Counted from the stretch's first letter, positions 1 to 12,396 are shown. The stretch: DNA of 64,000 nt from Gammaproteobacteria bacterium (GCA_041984885.1 JBHIXH010000006.1:4968-68967), one strand, 5' to 3'. Notes: generated by a model from the letters alone, not told the origin. Translations and numbers: made by a program.

Positions 1-1147
1 TGTCATCCGGATTCAGGCCGGATGCCTGTAGCGCAGCACGTACCCTGGCAATGTAACCGTGGTGATCCGCGCCCCAGATATCAATAATCCGGTCGTAACC
101 GCGTGAAAATTTTTCAACATGGTAGGCAATGTCTGCAGCGAAGTAGGTCAGGTTACCATTTTCACGCACGACGACGCGGTCTTTCTCGTCACCAAGTGAA
201 GAAGATCGAAACCACTTTGCACCATCTTTTTCATAGATATGACCGTTGTTTTCCAGTTGTTCAATCGCAGCGCTGATACGATCTTCATCGTGCAGGGTTC
301 GTTCGGAATACCAGCGGTCGAAGCTGACGCCAAAGTCATCAAGATCGGATTTGATTTCATCCAGGATCGTATTCAGCCCAATCGCATGCACAACCGGATA
401 ACGGTCAGCAAGTTGAGCCTTGATTTGATCGATGAGCATATCCAGTTTTTCATCATCATTTTCAGCATCGACAGGTTCTTCCAGCTGAACGACAAGTTGC
501 TTACCCTGTTGCTCGAATAACTCTGCGGCAATTGTTTTTATGTAGTCACCCTGATAACAGGCATCAGGCAACCCGATCTCGATATCACAACATTGCAGAT
601 AGCGCAGGTACACGCTGAGCGCGAGTATGTCCATTTGTCGGCCGGCATCATTGACATAGTATTCACGATCGACCCGGTACCCGATATTTTCCAGCAGGTT
701 GGCGACAGTGGCGCCATACGCCGCCCCGCGGCCATGACCGACATGCAGTGGTCCGGTCGGGTTTGCCGAAACAAATTCGATCAAGATGCGTGAGCCTCGG
801 CCGAACTCACTGCTGCCAAACGTCTCCGCTTGCTGCAATATTTCGCTGATCACAGCATGCTGTGCATCCTGTTGCAGAAAAAAATTGATAAAACCGGGGC
901 CGGCGATCTCGGTCTGTCTGATCAGGCCGGAGTCAGGCAGATGCCTGACAATGAGTTCAGCCAGTTGTCGAGGTGCGGTTTGCAGTGGTTTCGCCAGGAC
1001 CATCGCGATGTTGGATGAAAAGTCACCATGTGCCTTGTCACGCGTTCGCTCGATTTTGATCTCTGGCAAACCGGTCTCTGCTAGATCACCCTGGTGTTGT
1101 AAAGATTGCAGGCTGGATGCGATAAGTTTTTGCAGGTCTTCTTTCAA
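1..1147 (-). CDS. argS: Arginyl-tRNA synthetase, N-terminal part (C-terminus lies beyond the window edge)
   Basis: Minus-strand translation gives FVSANPTGPLHVGHGRGAAYGA (HIGH motif) and DRIIDIWGADHHGYIARV. The N-terminus aligns to E. coli ArgS. The start is probably TTG near 1147 or GTG near 1171. Confidence 0.9.
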   Translation of the reverse strand, partial: MKEDLQKLIASSLQSLQHQGDLAETGLPEIKIERTRDKAHGDFSSNIAMVLAKPLQTAPRQLAELIVRHLPDSGLIRQTEIAGPGFINFFLQQDAQHAVISEILQQAETFGSSEFGRGSRILIEFVSANPTGPLHVGHGRGAAYGATVANLLENIGYRVDREYYVNDAGRQMDILALSVYLRYLQCCDIEIGLPDACYQGDYIKTIAAELFEQQGKQLVVQLEEPVDAENDDEKLDMLIDQIKAQLADRYPVVHAIGLNTILDEIKSDLDDFGVSFDRWYSERTLHDEDRISAAIEQLENNGHIYEKDGAKWFRSSSLGDEKDRVVVRENGNLTYFAADIAYHVEKFSRGYDRIIDIWGADHHGYIARVRAALQASGLNPDD

Positions 1148-1242
1148 TTGGACAGTTACGTATGGATAACAAAGAATAAAATCGCGCACATTCTAGCGGC
1201 TAGTGCGTCTTGTCGAAACCGGAAAAGCGGGAAAGGAAGGAA

Positions 1243-1890
1243 TTATTTGACAACAGTGAGGCCGAGACTCTCCCAGGCCTGCATACCGCCACGATACCAT
1301 TTCAGTTTTTCGGCCGGATAGCCAAAACGTAACAGGGTTTTGATATTAGCAGGCGATTGACCACACCACATGCCGTTGCAAAACAGCACAAGTGTTTTTG
1401 CATCGGAGAAATCCCATAGTCCTTCGGTAGGACTGGCACCGAAGCGGTTCTCGAGAATATCAGCAATCGTAAACGGATCGGCACCGGCTTCAGGTTTAAG
1501 CAGGGTCCAGGGGATATTAACGGTTCCCGGTATTGTGCCTTTTGCGACCCAGTCCGGGGTTCTGGAGTCAATCACCAGGATGGAGCCATCACCATCGGAT
1601 CGGCGTTTCAGGTAGTCGATGAGTTCAAGTTCGGCAATTGTCTCAACACCCTCGGCCAGCTTGTAGGGTTGAATGCAAAACGGAGGACAGGGGCGTGACG
1701 TTTTCGCGTAGTTCGGGTTAACGGTATTGCTTTTATCCTGGTTGCGTTGAATACGTACGGAATTATCGTCATGCATGACATCAACTGAAAATATTTCGTC
1801 CGAGATAGCGACATCATTCGCCAGCACGGGCTGGATTGATGCTGACAACGTAACCAGAACACAACAGAGGTAATATCGAATACTATTCAT
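1243..1890 (-). CDS. Periplasmic rhodanese-domain sulfurtransferase-like protein with signal peptide
   Basis: N-terminal hydrophobic signal sequence. Rhodanese-like core with a Cys-containing loop (FCNGMWCGQS). Confidence 0.65.
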   Translation of the reverse strand: MNSIRYYLCCVLVTLSASIQPVLANDVAISDEIFSVDVMHDDNSVRIQRNQDKSNTVNPNYAKTSRPCPPFCIQPYKLAEGVETIAELELIDYLKRRSDGDGSILVIDSRTPDWVAKGTIPGTVNIPWTLLKPEAGADPFTIADILENRFGASPTEGLWDFSDAKTLVLFCNGMWCGQSPANIKTLLRFGYPAEKLKWYRGGMQAWESLGLTVVK

Positions 1891-1938
1891 TATCCGTTTT
1901 GACGATGTTTTTACCCGGGTGTTTCATTTAATTTCAGT

Positions 1939-4137
1939 TTACATCATATCCTGTGGATCAACATCGATAGACCAGCGCACCGAGCGTGTCTGTTTTAATT
2001 GTTCGACCTCTGCCAGCCACGGTCGAAGAAATTGATGCATGGACTGCCTGCTGGCGCTCTGAATGATCAATTGCATTCGGTATCGGCCCGCCTTGCGCGC
2101 CAGCGGCGCTGTTATAGGCCCTATAAGCTGTATGTTGGATTTTTCTGCGTTATCCAGATTTCTGACCGTGCGTAAAAATGACTCCACCTGTTCCGGTTGA
2201 TTGGCCTCGGCACGTAAAACCGACATGAAAATACCTGGTGGTAACCCGGCCTGTTCTCTCTCCTGCAACAAACGCTCGGCAAACGATCGATAACCCTGTT
2301 CGAACAAACATTGCAGCAGGGGATGTTCAGGGAAATTCGTCTGAATGATGACATGGCCTTTTTTGTCGCTGCGTCCGGCGCGACCGCTGACCTGCGTAAC
2401 CAACTGGCCGAGTCGTTCGGTCGCGCGAAAGTCCGTGCTGTACAGGCTGCTGTCGATGTCAACAACTGCGACCAGGGTCACGTTCGGGAAGTGATGACCC
2501 TTGGCCAGCATCTGCGTGCCTACCAGTATATCGGCCTGACCGGACAAGATATTTGCATAGTGTTTTTCCATACTGCCTTTTTGGCGTGTTGTATCGCGAT
2601 CAATGCGTATTATATTTTTACCAGGAAAGTGATCGGCCAGTGTTTCCTCAATGCGCTCAGTCCCATGACCAACCTGGATCAGTTCACCGGAATCACAGCC
2701 CGGACATTTTTCAGGTATTGGGATCTGTTTATCACAATGATGACACCATAAACGTTGCCGACGTTTATGCATGGTCATTAATTTATTGCAACGTTCGCAT
2801 TCAGCCAGCCATTCGCACTCACGACATACCAACGCCGGGGAGTACCCGCGCCGGTTCTGAAATACCAGGACCTGTTCCTGACGGTCCAGCGTTTTACTGA
2901 TCAGGTTTTTCAGTCTGTCCGAGATCGCCTGACTGCCCGCCACTGTCTTCATGTCGTAGATCTCGATGTCGGGTAATGTCGCGTTAGCGGTACGTTCTGT
3001 CAGACGAATTTCACAGTATTGTTTTCGCTTGAGGTTGTGTAACGATTCGAGCGAAGGCGTCGCAGTGCCAAGCACGACAGGACAAGCCGATCGTTTTGCC
3101 CTGACCAGCGCGATATCACGCGCGTTATAGCGAAACCCTTCCTGTTGTTTGTAAGACATGTCATGTTCTTCATCGACAATAAACAAACCGGCAGATGACA
3201 GAGGTATCCAGATCGCTGATCGGGTCCCGAGAATCACATTGACCTTGCCGTCTCTCGCCTCTATCCAGTGGTTCAGCCGTTCACGATCGCTCAAACCGGA
3301 ATGATAAACGGCGACCGCCTGTTCGATACCCGACTGCATACGCTGGATCAGTTGTGGAGTTAATGCGATTTCGGGGACGAGTACGATCACCTGTTTACCG
3401 GCCTGTAGTGTCGCCTTGATCAACCGGATGTAGACCTCGGTCTTGCCGCTACCGGTCACACCATCCAGCAGAAAACCCTGAAACCGGTTTAATGATTGAA
3501 TTATGGTTTGCGTCGCCTGCTGCTGTTCGCTATTGAGCAGAATTTCGTTGTTTGTTTGTATGTCAACCCGAGGTGGAGTCAAGGTTGCGGTTATCAGTTT
3601 TTTTTCCGTTAATGCCTTTAACGCCGACGCAGAATACCTGGTTTCCTGTTTTAACTGTTCATCAGGCAAGCCTTCAGGATATCGCTTCAGATGTTCAAGT
3701 ATGGCAAGTTGTCGCGGACTACGACTCAGGCTGTCAACGTTGTCTGTCCAGCCGTGTTGCGTTACTTTCCATACCGGAGGCCGGTCTATTTCGTCAACGC
3801 GGCCTTTGCGCAACAACGTTGGCAGACTGTTGAATATAACTTCACCGACCGGGTGCTGGTAATAATCGCTGGCCCATTGCAACAGCGCCAACTGCTTTTG
3901 ATTTAATACCGGCCTCGTATCAATATACTTTTCAATATATTTTAATTTTGCCCGCGGAACGTCGGTATGGTCGCTGCCTGAAACTATGATGCCAACGACC
4001 GACCTGCGACCAAATGGCACCTGAACACGTTGGCCGGGTTCAGGCGCTATCTCCGGACCGCTTGCAACGGGCAGGTAATCAAAGACCCGCCGCAGTGGCG
4101 TCGGGATTGCGACCTGGATATAACGGGGTTTTGGCAA
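1939..4137 (-). CDS. priA: Primosomal protein N' (PriA helicase)
   Basis: 732 aa. Walker A motif GVTGSGKTEVY, DEEH box, and CxxC...CxxC zinc-finger pairs typical of PriA. Confidence 0.9.
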   Translation of the reverse strand: MPKPRYIQVAIPTPLRRVFDYLPVASGPEIAPEPGQRVQVPFGRRSVVGIIVSGSDHTDVPRAKLKYIEKYIDTRPVLNQKQLALLQWASDYYQHPVGEVIFNSLPTLLRKGRVDEIDRPPVWKVTQHGWTDNVDSLSRSPRQLAILEHLKRYPEGLPDEQLKQETRYSASALKALTEKKLITATLTPPRVDIQTNNEILLNSEQQQATQTIIQSLNRFQGFLLDGVTGSGKTEVYIRLIKATLQAGKQVIVLVPEIALTPQLIQRMQSGIEQAVAVYHSGLSDRERLNHWIEARDGKVNVILGTRSAIWIPLSSAGLFIVDEEHDMSYKQQEGFRYNARDIALVRAKRSACPVVLGTATPSLESLHNLKRKQYCEIRLTERTANATLPDIEIYDMKTVAGSQAISDRLKNLISKTLDRQEQVLVFQNRRGYSPALVCRECEWLAECERCNKLMTMHKRRQRLWCHHCDKQIPIPEKCPGCDSGELIQVGHGTERIEETLADHFPGKNIIRIDRDTTRQKGSMEKHYANILSGQADILVGTQMLAKGHHFPNVTLVAVVDIDSSLYSTDFRATERLGQLVTQVSGRAGRSDKKGHVIIQTNFPEHPLLQCLFEQGYRSFAERLLQEREQAGLPPGIFMSVLRAEANQPEQVESFLRTVRNLDNAEKSNIQLIGPITAPLARKAGRYRMQLIIQSASRQSMHQFLRPWLAEVEQLKQTRSVRWSIDVDPQDMM

Positions 4138-4149
4138 TCTGGTTCTGGT

Positions 4150-4764
4150 TTATTCAGAAATTTCTGTTTCGATCATTGACTGCAAGCGGTTCGCTTTTAC
4201 CCGTGGCATGGTTTTGCCATCAGTCGGGCTGAGCGGGCTTTGATTCATTTTTTTCAATGGAAACACGGTTAAAGCGACGGCCTGTTCATTGACGAGAAAC
4301 TGGTAGCAAGGGTATATCTGCTCAATACCTGTCTTGAATTTCGCCGGTCTGTCGATCAATTCATACGGGATACCACGGTCATCAAGGAAATAATCCACTT
4401 GTTCGGCATTATCCGTATAGGCAATTAACTGTATGGTTGAATATTCCGTTGCCGTGCCTTTTAACACGGCACCGACAAGAAACGGGTTAAACCCGGCAAA
4501 GAATTGCATTGCCTGCAATGCCAGCCGACGTTTTTTCTGTACCATGCCCGGTTGACTGTCAGACTGAAACAGCTGCTGATAATGGATCAATGCGGTCTCG
4601 ATTTCCCTGTTGCTGGGCAGATGTTTTTGTTCAGTGACGCCGAGGCGCGAGGCCGCTTTCTTCTTCGCGCTGAGATAATCTGACACCCCGTCTACCGCCA
4701 TTAACCTGGCAGCAGTTTGTGCCAGTTCTACACGCACGGTGGAGTCGGTTTTGGTTCGCGACAT
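4150..4764 (-). CDS. Hypothetical protein (conserved ORF between priA and mrcA)
   Basis: 204-aa ORF with good coding compaction and no recognisable motif. Confidence 0.45.
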   Translation of the reverse strand: MSRTKTDSTVRVELAQTAARLMAVDGVSDYLSAKKKAASRLGVTEQKHLPSNREIETALIHYQQLFQSDSQPGMVQKKRRLALQAMQFFAGFNPFLVGAVLKGTATEYSTIQLIAYTDNAEQVDYFLDDRGIPYELIDRPAKFKTGIEQIYPCYQFLVNEQAVALTVFPLKKMNQSPLSPTDGKTMPRVKANRLQSMIETEISE

Positions 4765-4778
4765 TTTTTCTTTGCTGA

Positions 4779-7298
4779 CTAAAACAAATCCGGAACGGTG
4801 TTCGTGGAATTTTCGACATAAGGATCAACAGCCCCCCCGGATGGCAACGTTGATGGTGCGTATTCACTACGAAACACTTCAAACAACGCATCCGTGTCAT
4901 TGGCCGAGGCCGGTTTGCCGGTGCTTTTATTGATACGAACGTTCACCAGTCCATCCGGTCTGGCGAGAATATTTTCCGGTTTTCCCTCCAGCGCGGTCTT
5001 CATGTAATCGATCCACATCGGCAACGCAGCCTGTGCGCCTGTCTCCCGGCTGCCGAGAGGCAGGAATTTATCGAAACCGACCCATGTGATCGCAACCACA
5101 TCGCCGTTAAAACCTGAAAACCAGGCATCGCGTTGATCGTTCGTGGTACCGGTCTTGCCGGACAGATCCCTGCGGCCGAGCGACATTGCCCGACGACCGG
5201 TTCCGGCCGTAATCACATCGCGAGTGATTGAATTCATGATCCAGATGTTACGCGCATCCACGACCCGTTCGGCATAACGTATCGGAGCAGTCTCCGTAGC
5301 AATGTCGGGATCGGGTTCAGCTGTTTCTGTTACCGGTTCTGTATTCTCAATAACGTCAGCAGACATAGGCTCCTCTTCTGTCTCTTCCGCTGCCATCGTT
5401 TCGATACAATGTTCGCAAATGACTTTCGGTTCATAGGTATACACGGTTTCACCGTTCGTATCGACGATCGACTTGATGTAGTGCGGCTCGATCATGAAGC
5501 CGCCGTTGGCAAACACGGAGTAGGCGCGTGCCTGTTCCCACATCGAGATCTCGCCGCTGCCAAGCGACAGAGACAGGTTTTTCGGTAGCCGTTCCGGGTC
5601 AAAGCCGAAGCGTTGTACGTGCTCCAGTGTGAATGGCACACCGATTTTATTCAGCAGGCGTATCGAGACCAGGTTACGTGACTGGGTTAATGCCTCACGC
5701 ATGCGCATCGGGCCCTTGTAATCGTGCCCGTAGTTTTCCGGACGCCATTCATCCTCGATGCCGGGATCGGAAAATACGACCGGTGCGTCATTAAAAATGC
5801 TTGCTGCGGTCTCGCCGGCAGCAAGGGCAGCCGAGTAGATAAATGGTTTGAATCCGGAACCCGGTTGTCGAAACGCTTGCGTGACCCGATTGAATTTACT
5901 GTGGTAAAAATCGAAGCCGCCGACCAGCGCCAGCGTTGCGCCGGTTTTCGGATCAAGTGAAACGAGTCCGCCTTCAACCGCCGGTATTTGCGATAACCGC
6001 CAGTTGCCCTCTGCATCTTCAAGCACACGGACGATATCACCTGTTTGCACGATCTCATCTGCCCGTTTCGGCGCGCCGCCGCGACGGTTTTCAGTGATGT
6101 ATTTACGTGCCCAGGAAAGCCCGCTCCAGTCGATGTCAATTATACCGATGCCGCCCATGTAGACGCCGATCGCCTGTTCAGCAACATGGATAACAAGTCC
6201 CGGGTATAAACCATTCACGACCGAATACTCTTTCAGCAACTGACTCCAGTCGGCCTCGGTCAGATCAGAGCGTAACTCGATATGGTTTTCAGCACCGCGA
6301 TAGCCATGCCGAACGTCATAGTCGAGTAGGGCTTTTTTAACCGCATGGTTCGCTGCAGTCTGGTTGCGGTTGATCAGTGTGGTATAGACATTAAAGCCAC
6401 TGGTGTAGACATCTTCACCATATAACTCGATCAGATCCTTGCGCACCATCTCTGCCACGTAGGGCGCATTCAGTTCTATATCCGTCGAATGCAGGCTTGC
6501 ACTTAATGGCTCAGCACTTGCCTGTTTGAACTCATCTTCATTGATAAATCCGACCTTCAACATACGATCGAGCACGTATTGTCGACGTTGTTTGGCAGCG
6601 TCGGGGTTGGTAATCGGGTTTGTAGACGAGGGAGCTTTCGGCAAGCCGGCCAGCATGGCGGACTGAGCCAACGATAACTCAAACAATTCAGAACCGTAAT
6701 AAACCTGTGCGGCGGCTTGTATGCCATAGGCGCGTTGCCCCAGATAAATTTTATTCAGGTACAGTTCAAGAATTTCGTCCTTGGTTAACTCGCGTTCGAT
6801 CTTGAACGCAAGAAATATTTCGTTCAGTTTGCGCATGTAGGTTTTTTCCCGACTAAGAAAAAAGTTGCGCGCAACCTGCATCGTGATCGTGCTACCACCC
6901 TGTTTTTTCTCCCCGGTTTTCAGCAGTGCAACGACAGCGCGTGTCAGTCCCTGCCAGTCCACGCCGGGATGTGCATAAAAGCGATCATCTTCAGCGGCGA
7001 GGAACGCAAGGATGATCGGTTCGGGTACCTCGTCGATTGCGATCGGGTTGCGCCGTTTCTCACCAAATTCAGCGATCAGTGACTGATCGCTGGAATAGAT
7101 ACGCAGCGGGATTTGTAGCTGAACATCGCGCAAGGTATCGATTTCCGGCAGTTTCGGCACGACAAACCAGGTCAATCCGGCACCAAAAGTGACGATCAGG
7201 GCGAAAAAAAACAACAGACTATAGAAGGTAAAGCGCAACATATTGCGTAGTCTACACGTCAAAAACGCCAGATGTACCGCTTTTGAAGATAATTGCAA
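4779..7298 (-). CDS. mrcA: Penicillin-binding protein 1A (bifunctional transglycosylase/transpeptidase)
   Basis: N-terminal membrane anchor. GT51 motifs (QGGSTITMQVARNFFL). Transpeptidase motifs SGFKP, SxN and KTGT. Confidence 0.9.
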   Translation of the reverse strand: MQLSSKAVHLAFLTCRLRNMLRFTFYSLLFFFALIVTFGAGLTWFVVPKLPEIDTLRDVQLQIPLRIYSSDQSLIAEFGEKRRNPIAIDEVPEPIILAFLAAEDDRFYAHPGVDWQGLTRAVVALLKTGEKKQGGSTITMQVARNFFLSREKTYMRKLNEIFLAFKIERELTKDEILELYLNKIYLGQRAYGIQAAAQVYYGSELFELSLAQSAMLAGLPKAPSSTNPITNPDAAKQRRQYVLDRMLKVGFINEDEFKQASAEPLSASLHSTDIELNAPYVAEMVRKDLIELYGEDVYTSGFNVYTTLINRNQTAANHAVKKALLDYDVRHGYRGAENHIELRSDLTEADWSQLLKEYSVVNGLYPGLVIHVAEQAIGVYMGGIGIIDIDWSGLSWARKYITENRRGGAPKRADEIVQTGDIVRVLEDAEGNWRLSQIPAVEGGLVSLDPKTGATLALVGGFDFYHSKFNRVTQAFRQPGSGFKPFIYSAALAAGETAASIFNDAPVVFSDPGIEDEWRPENYGHDYKGPMRMREALTQSRNLVSIRLLNKIGVPFTLEHVQRFGFDPERLPKNLSLSLGSGEISMWEQARAYSVFANGGFMIEPHYIKSIVDTNGETVYTYEPKVICEHCIETMAAEETEEEPMSADVIENTEPVTETAEPDPDIATETAPIRYAERVVDARNIWIMNSITRDVITAGTGRRAMSLGRRDLSGKTGTTNDQRDAWFSGFNGDVVAITWVGFDKFLPLGSRETGAQAALPMWIDYMKTALEGKPENILARPDGLVNVRINKSTGKPASANDTDALFEVFRSEYAPSTLPSGGAVDPYVENSTNTVPDLF

Positions 7299-7419
7299 TA
7301 ATTAAAGTAATTCATAAAAAAGTCATAAAAAGCAATTGTTTTTTAAATTTCACTTGGCTATAGTTGCCAAAGCTAGTTAATGTTATTGTACATATATGGC
7401 TCATAACTAATGACATTAA

Positions 7420-8492
<1,073 letters not shown>

Positions 8493-8493
<1 letters not shown>

Positions 8494-9065
8494 TGGCAAA
8501 AATTAACCTGTTACCGTGGCGCGAGGCGCTACGCAAGGAAAAACAAAACGAATACATCGCGACGATGATCGTATTTGCGTTGATAGCGGCAGGCATCTGG
8601 GGCGCAGTGCATTTCTATCACGGCGAAGTCATCAAGTACCGCAAATCAAGATTAAGTTACATCGATAATCAAATCGAACTGCTCGACAAAAAGATTGAAG
8701 AAATCAAACGACTCGAAAGAGAAAAGGAACGTCTGCTCTCCAGGATGCGCGCGATCGAGCGGCTGCAGGGCAATCGTCCACTGGTTGTACGCTTGTTTGA
8801 CGAGGTAGTGACCAGTCTTCCTGAGGGCGTCAGTCTGGAGAAACTGTCGCAGAAAAATAACACAGTCACCATTAACGGCGTGGCGCAATCTAATGCACGC
8901 GTGTCTTCCTTTATGCGAAAACTCGATACTTCGCAGTGGTTACAGAATCCTGAACTGGACATCATTCAGGCGACCAACCAGGACGGTACCAATGTCAGTA
9001 ATTTTACCCTGAAGTTCAAACAGGTCATACCGAAGCAGGGCGAAGACGAAGGGGATGAGGCATGA
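8493..9065 (+). CDS. pilN: Type IV pilus assembly protein PilN
   Basis: Start overlaps the pilM stop. Single N-terminal transmembrane helix followed by a coiled coil. Confidence 0.85.
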
Positions 9066-9685
9066 GTCTGATTGACGACATTAATAATCTTGACCCCCAG
9101 AATATGGGTGGCTGGCCGCTGCCTATCAAGATTGGTCTGATTGTAATTATCTTTGGCGTCATCCTGTTTCTCGGCTGGCAATACGACGTCAAGGGATTGC
9201 GAGAAGAGATTGCCAAGCTTGAGAAGAAAGAAGTTGAACAAATTGGTGTTCTCGAAGTAAAGCAGAAAAAAGCCTCCAACCTGAAAGCACTGAAAGTGCA
9301 GATGGAAGAAATGAAGCAGTCTTTCGGCGATATGCTGCGCCAGTTGCCGGATGAAACCGAGGTGGCCGGGTTACTCGTTGATATTTCGCAGACAGGTCTG
9401 GCAGCAGGCCTGGAGTTTGAGCTGTTCAAACCAAAGAAAGAGAATCCGCAGGAGTTCTATGTCGAGTTACCGATCGAGATCAAGGTGGCGGGCCAGTATC
9501 ATGAGTTTGGCGAATTTGTCAGTGGCGTCGCCGCGTTGCCGAGAATTGTCACCACGCACGACATCTCTATATCCGGTGGTAAGGAAGCAGGGCTGACAAT
9601 GACGGCAACGGCAAAAACCTATCGTGCACTGGAAGAAGAAGAATACGCAGAGGAGCAGTCCTCGAAGAAGAAGGGGAAACGTTAA
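9062..9685 (+). CDS. pilO: Type IV pilus assembly protein PilO
   Basis: Position in the pilMNOPQ operon, with an N-terminal transmembrane helix. Confidence 0.8.
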   Translation: MSLIDDINNLDPQNMGGWPLPIKIGLIVIIFGVILFLGWQYDVKGLREEIAKLEKKEVEQIGVLEVKQKKASNLKALKVQMEEMKQSFGDMLRQLPDETEVAGLLVDISQTGLAAGLEFELFKPKKENPQEFYVELPIEIKVAGQYHEFGEFVSGVAALPRIVTTHDISISGGKEAGLTMTATAKTYRALEEEEYAEEQSSKKKGKR

Positions 9686-10236
9686 TGGTTAATTCATTCA
9701 TCAGACGCCTTCTTGTACTTCTGTCTCTGCTTGCACTGACTGCCTGTGTGTCAAATGACATAAGTGACCTGGAGGCACAGGTCTCACAAATCCTGGCGCG
9801 ACCCGGTGGTGAGATCGAACCATTACCCGAGATCAAACCGTACGAAGCCTATGCCTACCAATCGAAAGAGCAGGGAGCAATCGATCCGTTCGAGCCATTT
9901 TATGACGAGAAACAGGTCGTGGCTGAACAGGATCCGGATGCCGGGCTGACTGAAGAGATGGAGCGTGAAATTAAAAACCGTAACAGGGAAGAACTTGAAG
10001 GCTACGAGCTGGACAGTCTCAAGATGGTGGGCACGCTGGATGGCGTAGAAGATCAATGGGGCATCATCAAGTCTCCGGATGGCACGGTACACCGTGTCAA
10101 GGTTGGCAATTACATGGGACGCAACATTGGCAAGATTACCAACATCTTCGAAGACAAGATTGAACTCAGAGAAATCATCAAAAACAGTCAGGGTCGATGG
10201 GAGGAACGCGTCGCGGCAATAGCACTTGCCGAATAA
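9685..10236 (+). CDS. pilP: Type IV pilus assembly lipoprotein PilP
   Basis: Lipoprotein signal (LALTAC) and operon position. Confidence 0.75.
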   Translation: MVNSFIRRLLVLLSLLALTACVSNDISDLEAQVSQILARPGGEIEPLPEIKPYEAYAYQSKEQGAIDPFEPFYDEKQVVAEQDPDAGLTEEMEREIKNRNREELEGYELDSLKMVGTLDGVEDQWGIIKSPDGTVHRVKVGNYMGRNIGKITNIFEDKIELREIIKNSQGRWEERVAAIALAE

Positions 10237-10293
10237 CGTAAAAGAGTTATGACCAAAGCGAACAAATCAAAATATTTAACCGGGGAAAGACGG

Positions 10294-12372
10294 ATGAGCA
10301 AGCAACTGATATCCAGAAGTCTGCTATTTATACTGGCCATTTTCAGCCTCAACGTGCATGCCCAGTCATCACTGGAAGGAATCAGTTATTCAGCATTACC
10401 GGGTGACAAGGTTCAGGTAAGGATCGACCTCAGCACACCACAGGCAAGTGAACCGTTGAATTTTACGATTGATAATCCGGCCCGAATTGCGCTCGATTTT
10501 CCGAACACGGTACTGGCCACGAGTAACAGAAATGTCAGCATCGGTCTGGGTGTGGCACATAGCGTCTCAGCGGTTGAAGCCGCCGGGCGTACCCGGGTTG
10601 TCCTGAACCTGGTTGAATCCGTGCCTTATGACATCTCGACAGACGGCAATGCCGTTCTGGTGACGCTCGGTGCGAAGTCAGTGGCGTCTGCCGACAGTGG
10701 CAGCACGTTTGCCGCAGGTCCCCGGTATCACTCGTCCAGTTCGGTCGACAACATCGATTTCCGTCGCGGCTCCCAAGGTGAAGGCAGGATCCTGGTTACG
10801 CTGTCTGATCCTTCTATCGGTGTCGACATAGGTCAGGAAGGAGGCAAGATCCTGATTGATTTTCTCGATACCAATTTACCGGATCAACTGGACAGGAAAC
10901 TGGACGTAATAGATTTCGCAACACCGGTTAAGGAAATTGATACAGCACCGCGTGGTAACGGTGCACGCATGGTGATCTCGACCATCAATGATGAATACGA
11001 TCATCTTGTCTATCAGTCGGATAACCTGCTGACAGTGGAAGTAAAGCCGCTGACGAAGGCCGAACAGGAAGAACTGAAGAAGCAGAAGTTTGGCTATACC
11101 GGCGAGCGACTGTCACTTAACTTTCAGAACATTCAGGTCAGGGCAGTACTGCAATTAATCGCTGACTTCACCGGCTTCAACATGGTGGCAAGTGATTCTG
11201 TGTCAGGTAATGTCACCTTGCGTTTGAAAAATGTCCCCTGGGACCAGGCGCTCGATATTATTCTGAAAGCACGCGGTCTCGGTATGCGTAAAGACGGCAA
11301 TGTCGTTCTGGTCGCACCGCAGGAAGAACTGGCGGCACGTGAGAAGCTGGAACTGGAAGCAGAGAAACAACTGGAAGAACTCGCGCCGTTACGTACAGAG
11401 TTTATGCAGATCAACTACGCCAAGGCCGCGGACCTGGCCGGGTTGATTCGCGCCGATGAAAACAACCTGTTATCCGAGCGTGGTAACGTCTCAATCGATG
11501 AGCGAACCAATACGCTGATCGTTCAGGATGTGAGCAGCAGCCTGGATAGCATCCGTTCGCTGATTACCAAACTGGACATACCGGTAAAACAGGTATTAAT
11601 CGAATCAAGAATCGTCAATGCTGACGAGAGTTTTACCAAGGATCTGGGCGTCAGATTCGGTTACAGCAAGGATACGGACAGAAACAACAATATTGCCAAT
11701 GACAGTACGTTTGCCGCCGTCGGCGGTGGCTTACCGGGCAATGTCAATGCCGGTGGTGGTACATTTATAACCCAGGGCGATAATGAAAACCTGATTGTGG
11801 ATCTGCCGGTCGCCGGTGCAGCAGGTAGCCTGGGACTGCTGGTGGGTAAAATTGGCACCTGGTTGCTGCAGCTTGAATTATCCGCTGCCGTTGCTGAAGG
11901 TCGCACGGAAGATATTGCCAATCCTAAAGTGATTACCGCCAACCAGCGCGAAGCGATTATCGAAAATGGTGTGGAAATTCCATTCCAGCAGGCAACATCC
12001 AGTGGCGCTACCTCGGTATCGTTCAAGAAAGCGGTGCTGTCGTTGCGAGTCACCCCGCAGATTACACCGGACGATCGTGTACTGCTTGACTTGTCGGTGA
12101 ACCAGGATAGCCGTGGTAGCCCGGATGTGCTCGGGGTACCGCCAATCAACACGCGTAATGTCAGCACGCAGGTCCTGGTCGATGATGGAGAGACCGTTGT
12201 ACTGGGTGGTGTTTATTCGCAAACCGATTCAAATAGTATAGATCGGGTACCCTTTTTCGGTGACCTGCCATACGTCGGTTTCCTGTTTAAACGTACCAGT
12301 AACGAAAAAACCAAATCTGAACTGTTAATATTCGTCACGCCGAAGATTCTGAAAGAAAACTTTCAGATCTGA
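10294..12372 (+). CDS. pilQ: Type IV pilus secretin PilQ (ORF extends to 10249; ATG at 10294 with GGGGAAAG RBS preferred)
   Basis: AMIN domains followed by a secretin domain (VLVDDGETVVLGG...LLIFVTPKIL). Confidence 0.9.
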   Translation: MSKQLISRSLLFILAIFSLNVHAQSSLEGISYSALPGDKVQVRIDLSTPQASEPLNFTIDNPARIALDFPNTVLATSNRNVSIGLGVAHSVSAVEAAGRTRVVLNLVESVPYDISTDGNAVLVTLGAKSVASADSGSTFAAGPRYHSSSSVDNIDFRRGSQGEGRILVTLSDPSIGVDIGQEGGKILIDFLDTNLPDQLDRKLDVIDFATPVKEIDTAPRGNGARMVISTINDEYDHLVYQSDNLLTVEVKPLTKAEQEELKKQKFGYTGERLSLNFQNIQVRAVLQLIADFTGFNMVASDSVSGNVTLRLKNVPWDQALDIILKARGLGMRKDGNVVLVAPQEELAAREKLELEAEKQLEELAPLRTEFMQINYAKAADLAGLIRADENNLLSERGNVSIDERTNTLIVQDVSSSLDSIRSLITKLDIPVKQVLIESRIVNADESFTKDLGVRFGYSKDTDRNNNIANDSTFAAVGGGLPGNVNAGGGTFITQGDNENLIVDLPVAGAAGSLGLLVGKIGTWLLQLELSAAVAEGRTEDIANPKVITANQREAIIENGVEIPFQQATSSGATSVSFKKAVLSLRVTPQITPDDRVLLDLSVNQDSRGSPDVLGVPPINTRNVSTQVLVDDGETVVLGGVYSQTDSNSIDRVPFFGDLPYVGFLFKRTSNEKTKSELLIFVTPKILKENFQI

Positions 12373-12396
12373 TCCTGACGACATTTACCAGACCCG

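Noticed and set aside
239-1169. Plus-strand ORFs 239..520, 593..793, 786..1169 and 830..1018.
   Set aside because: They are antisense to argS. The minus-strand frame gives a continuous, motif-rich ArgS N-terminus, so these are spurious.
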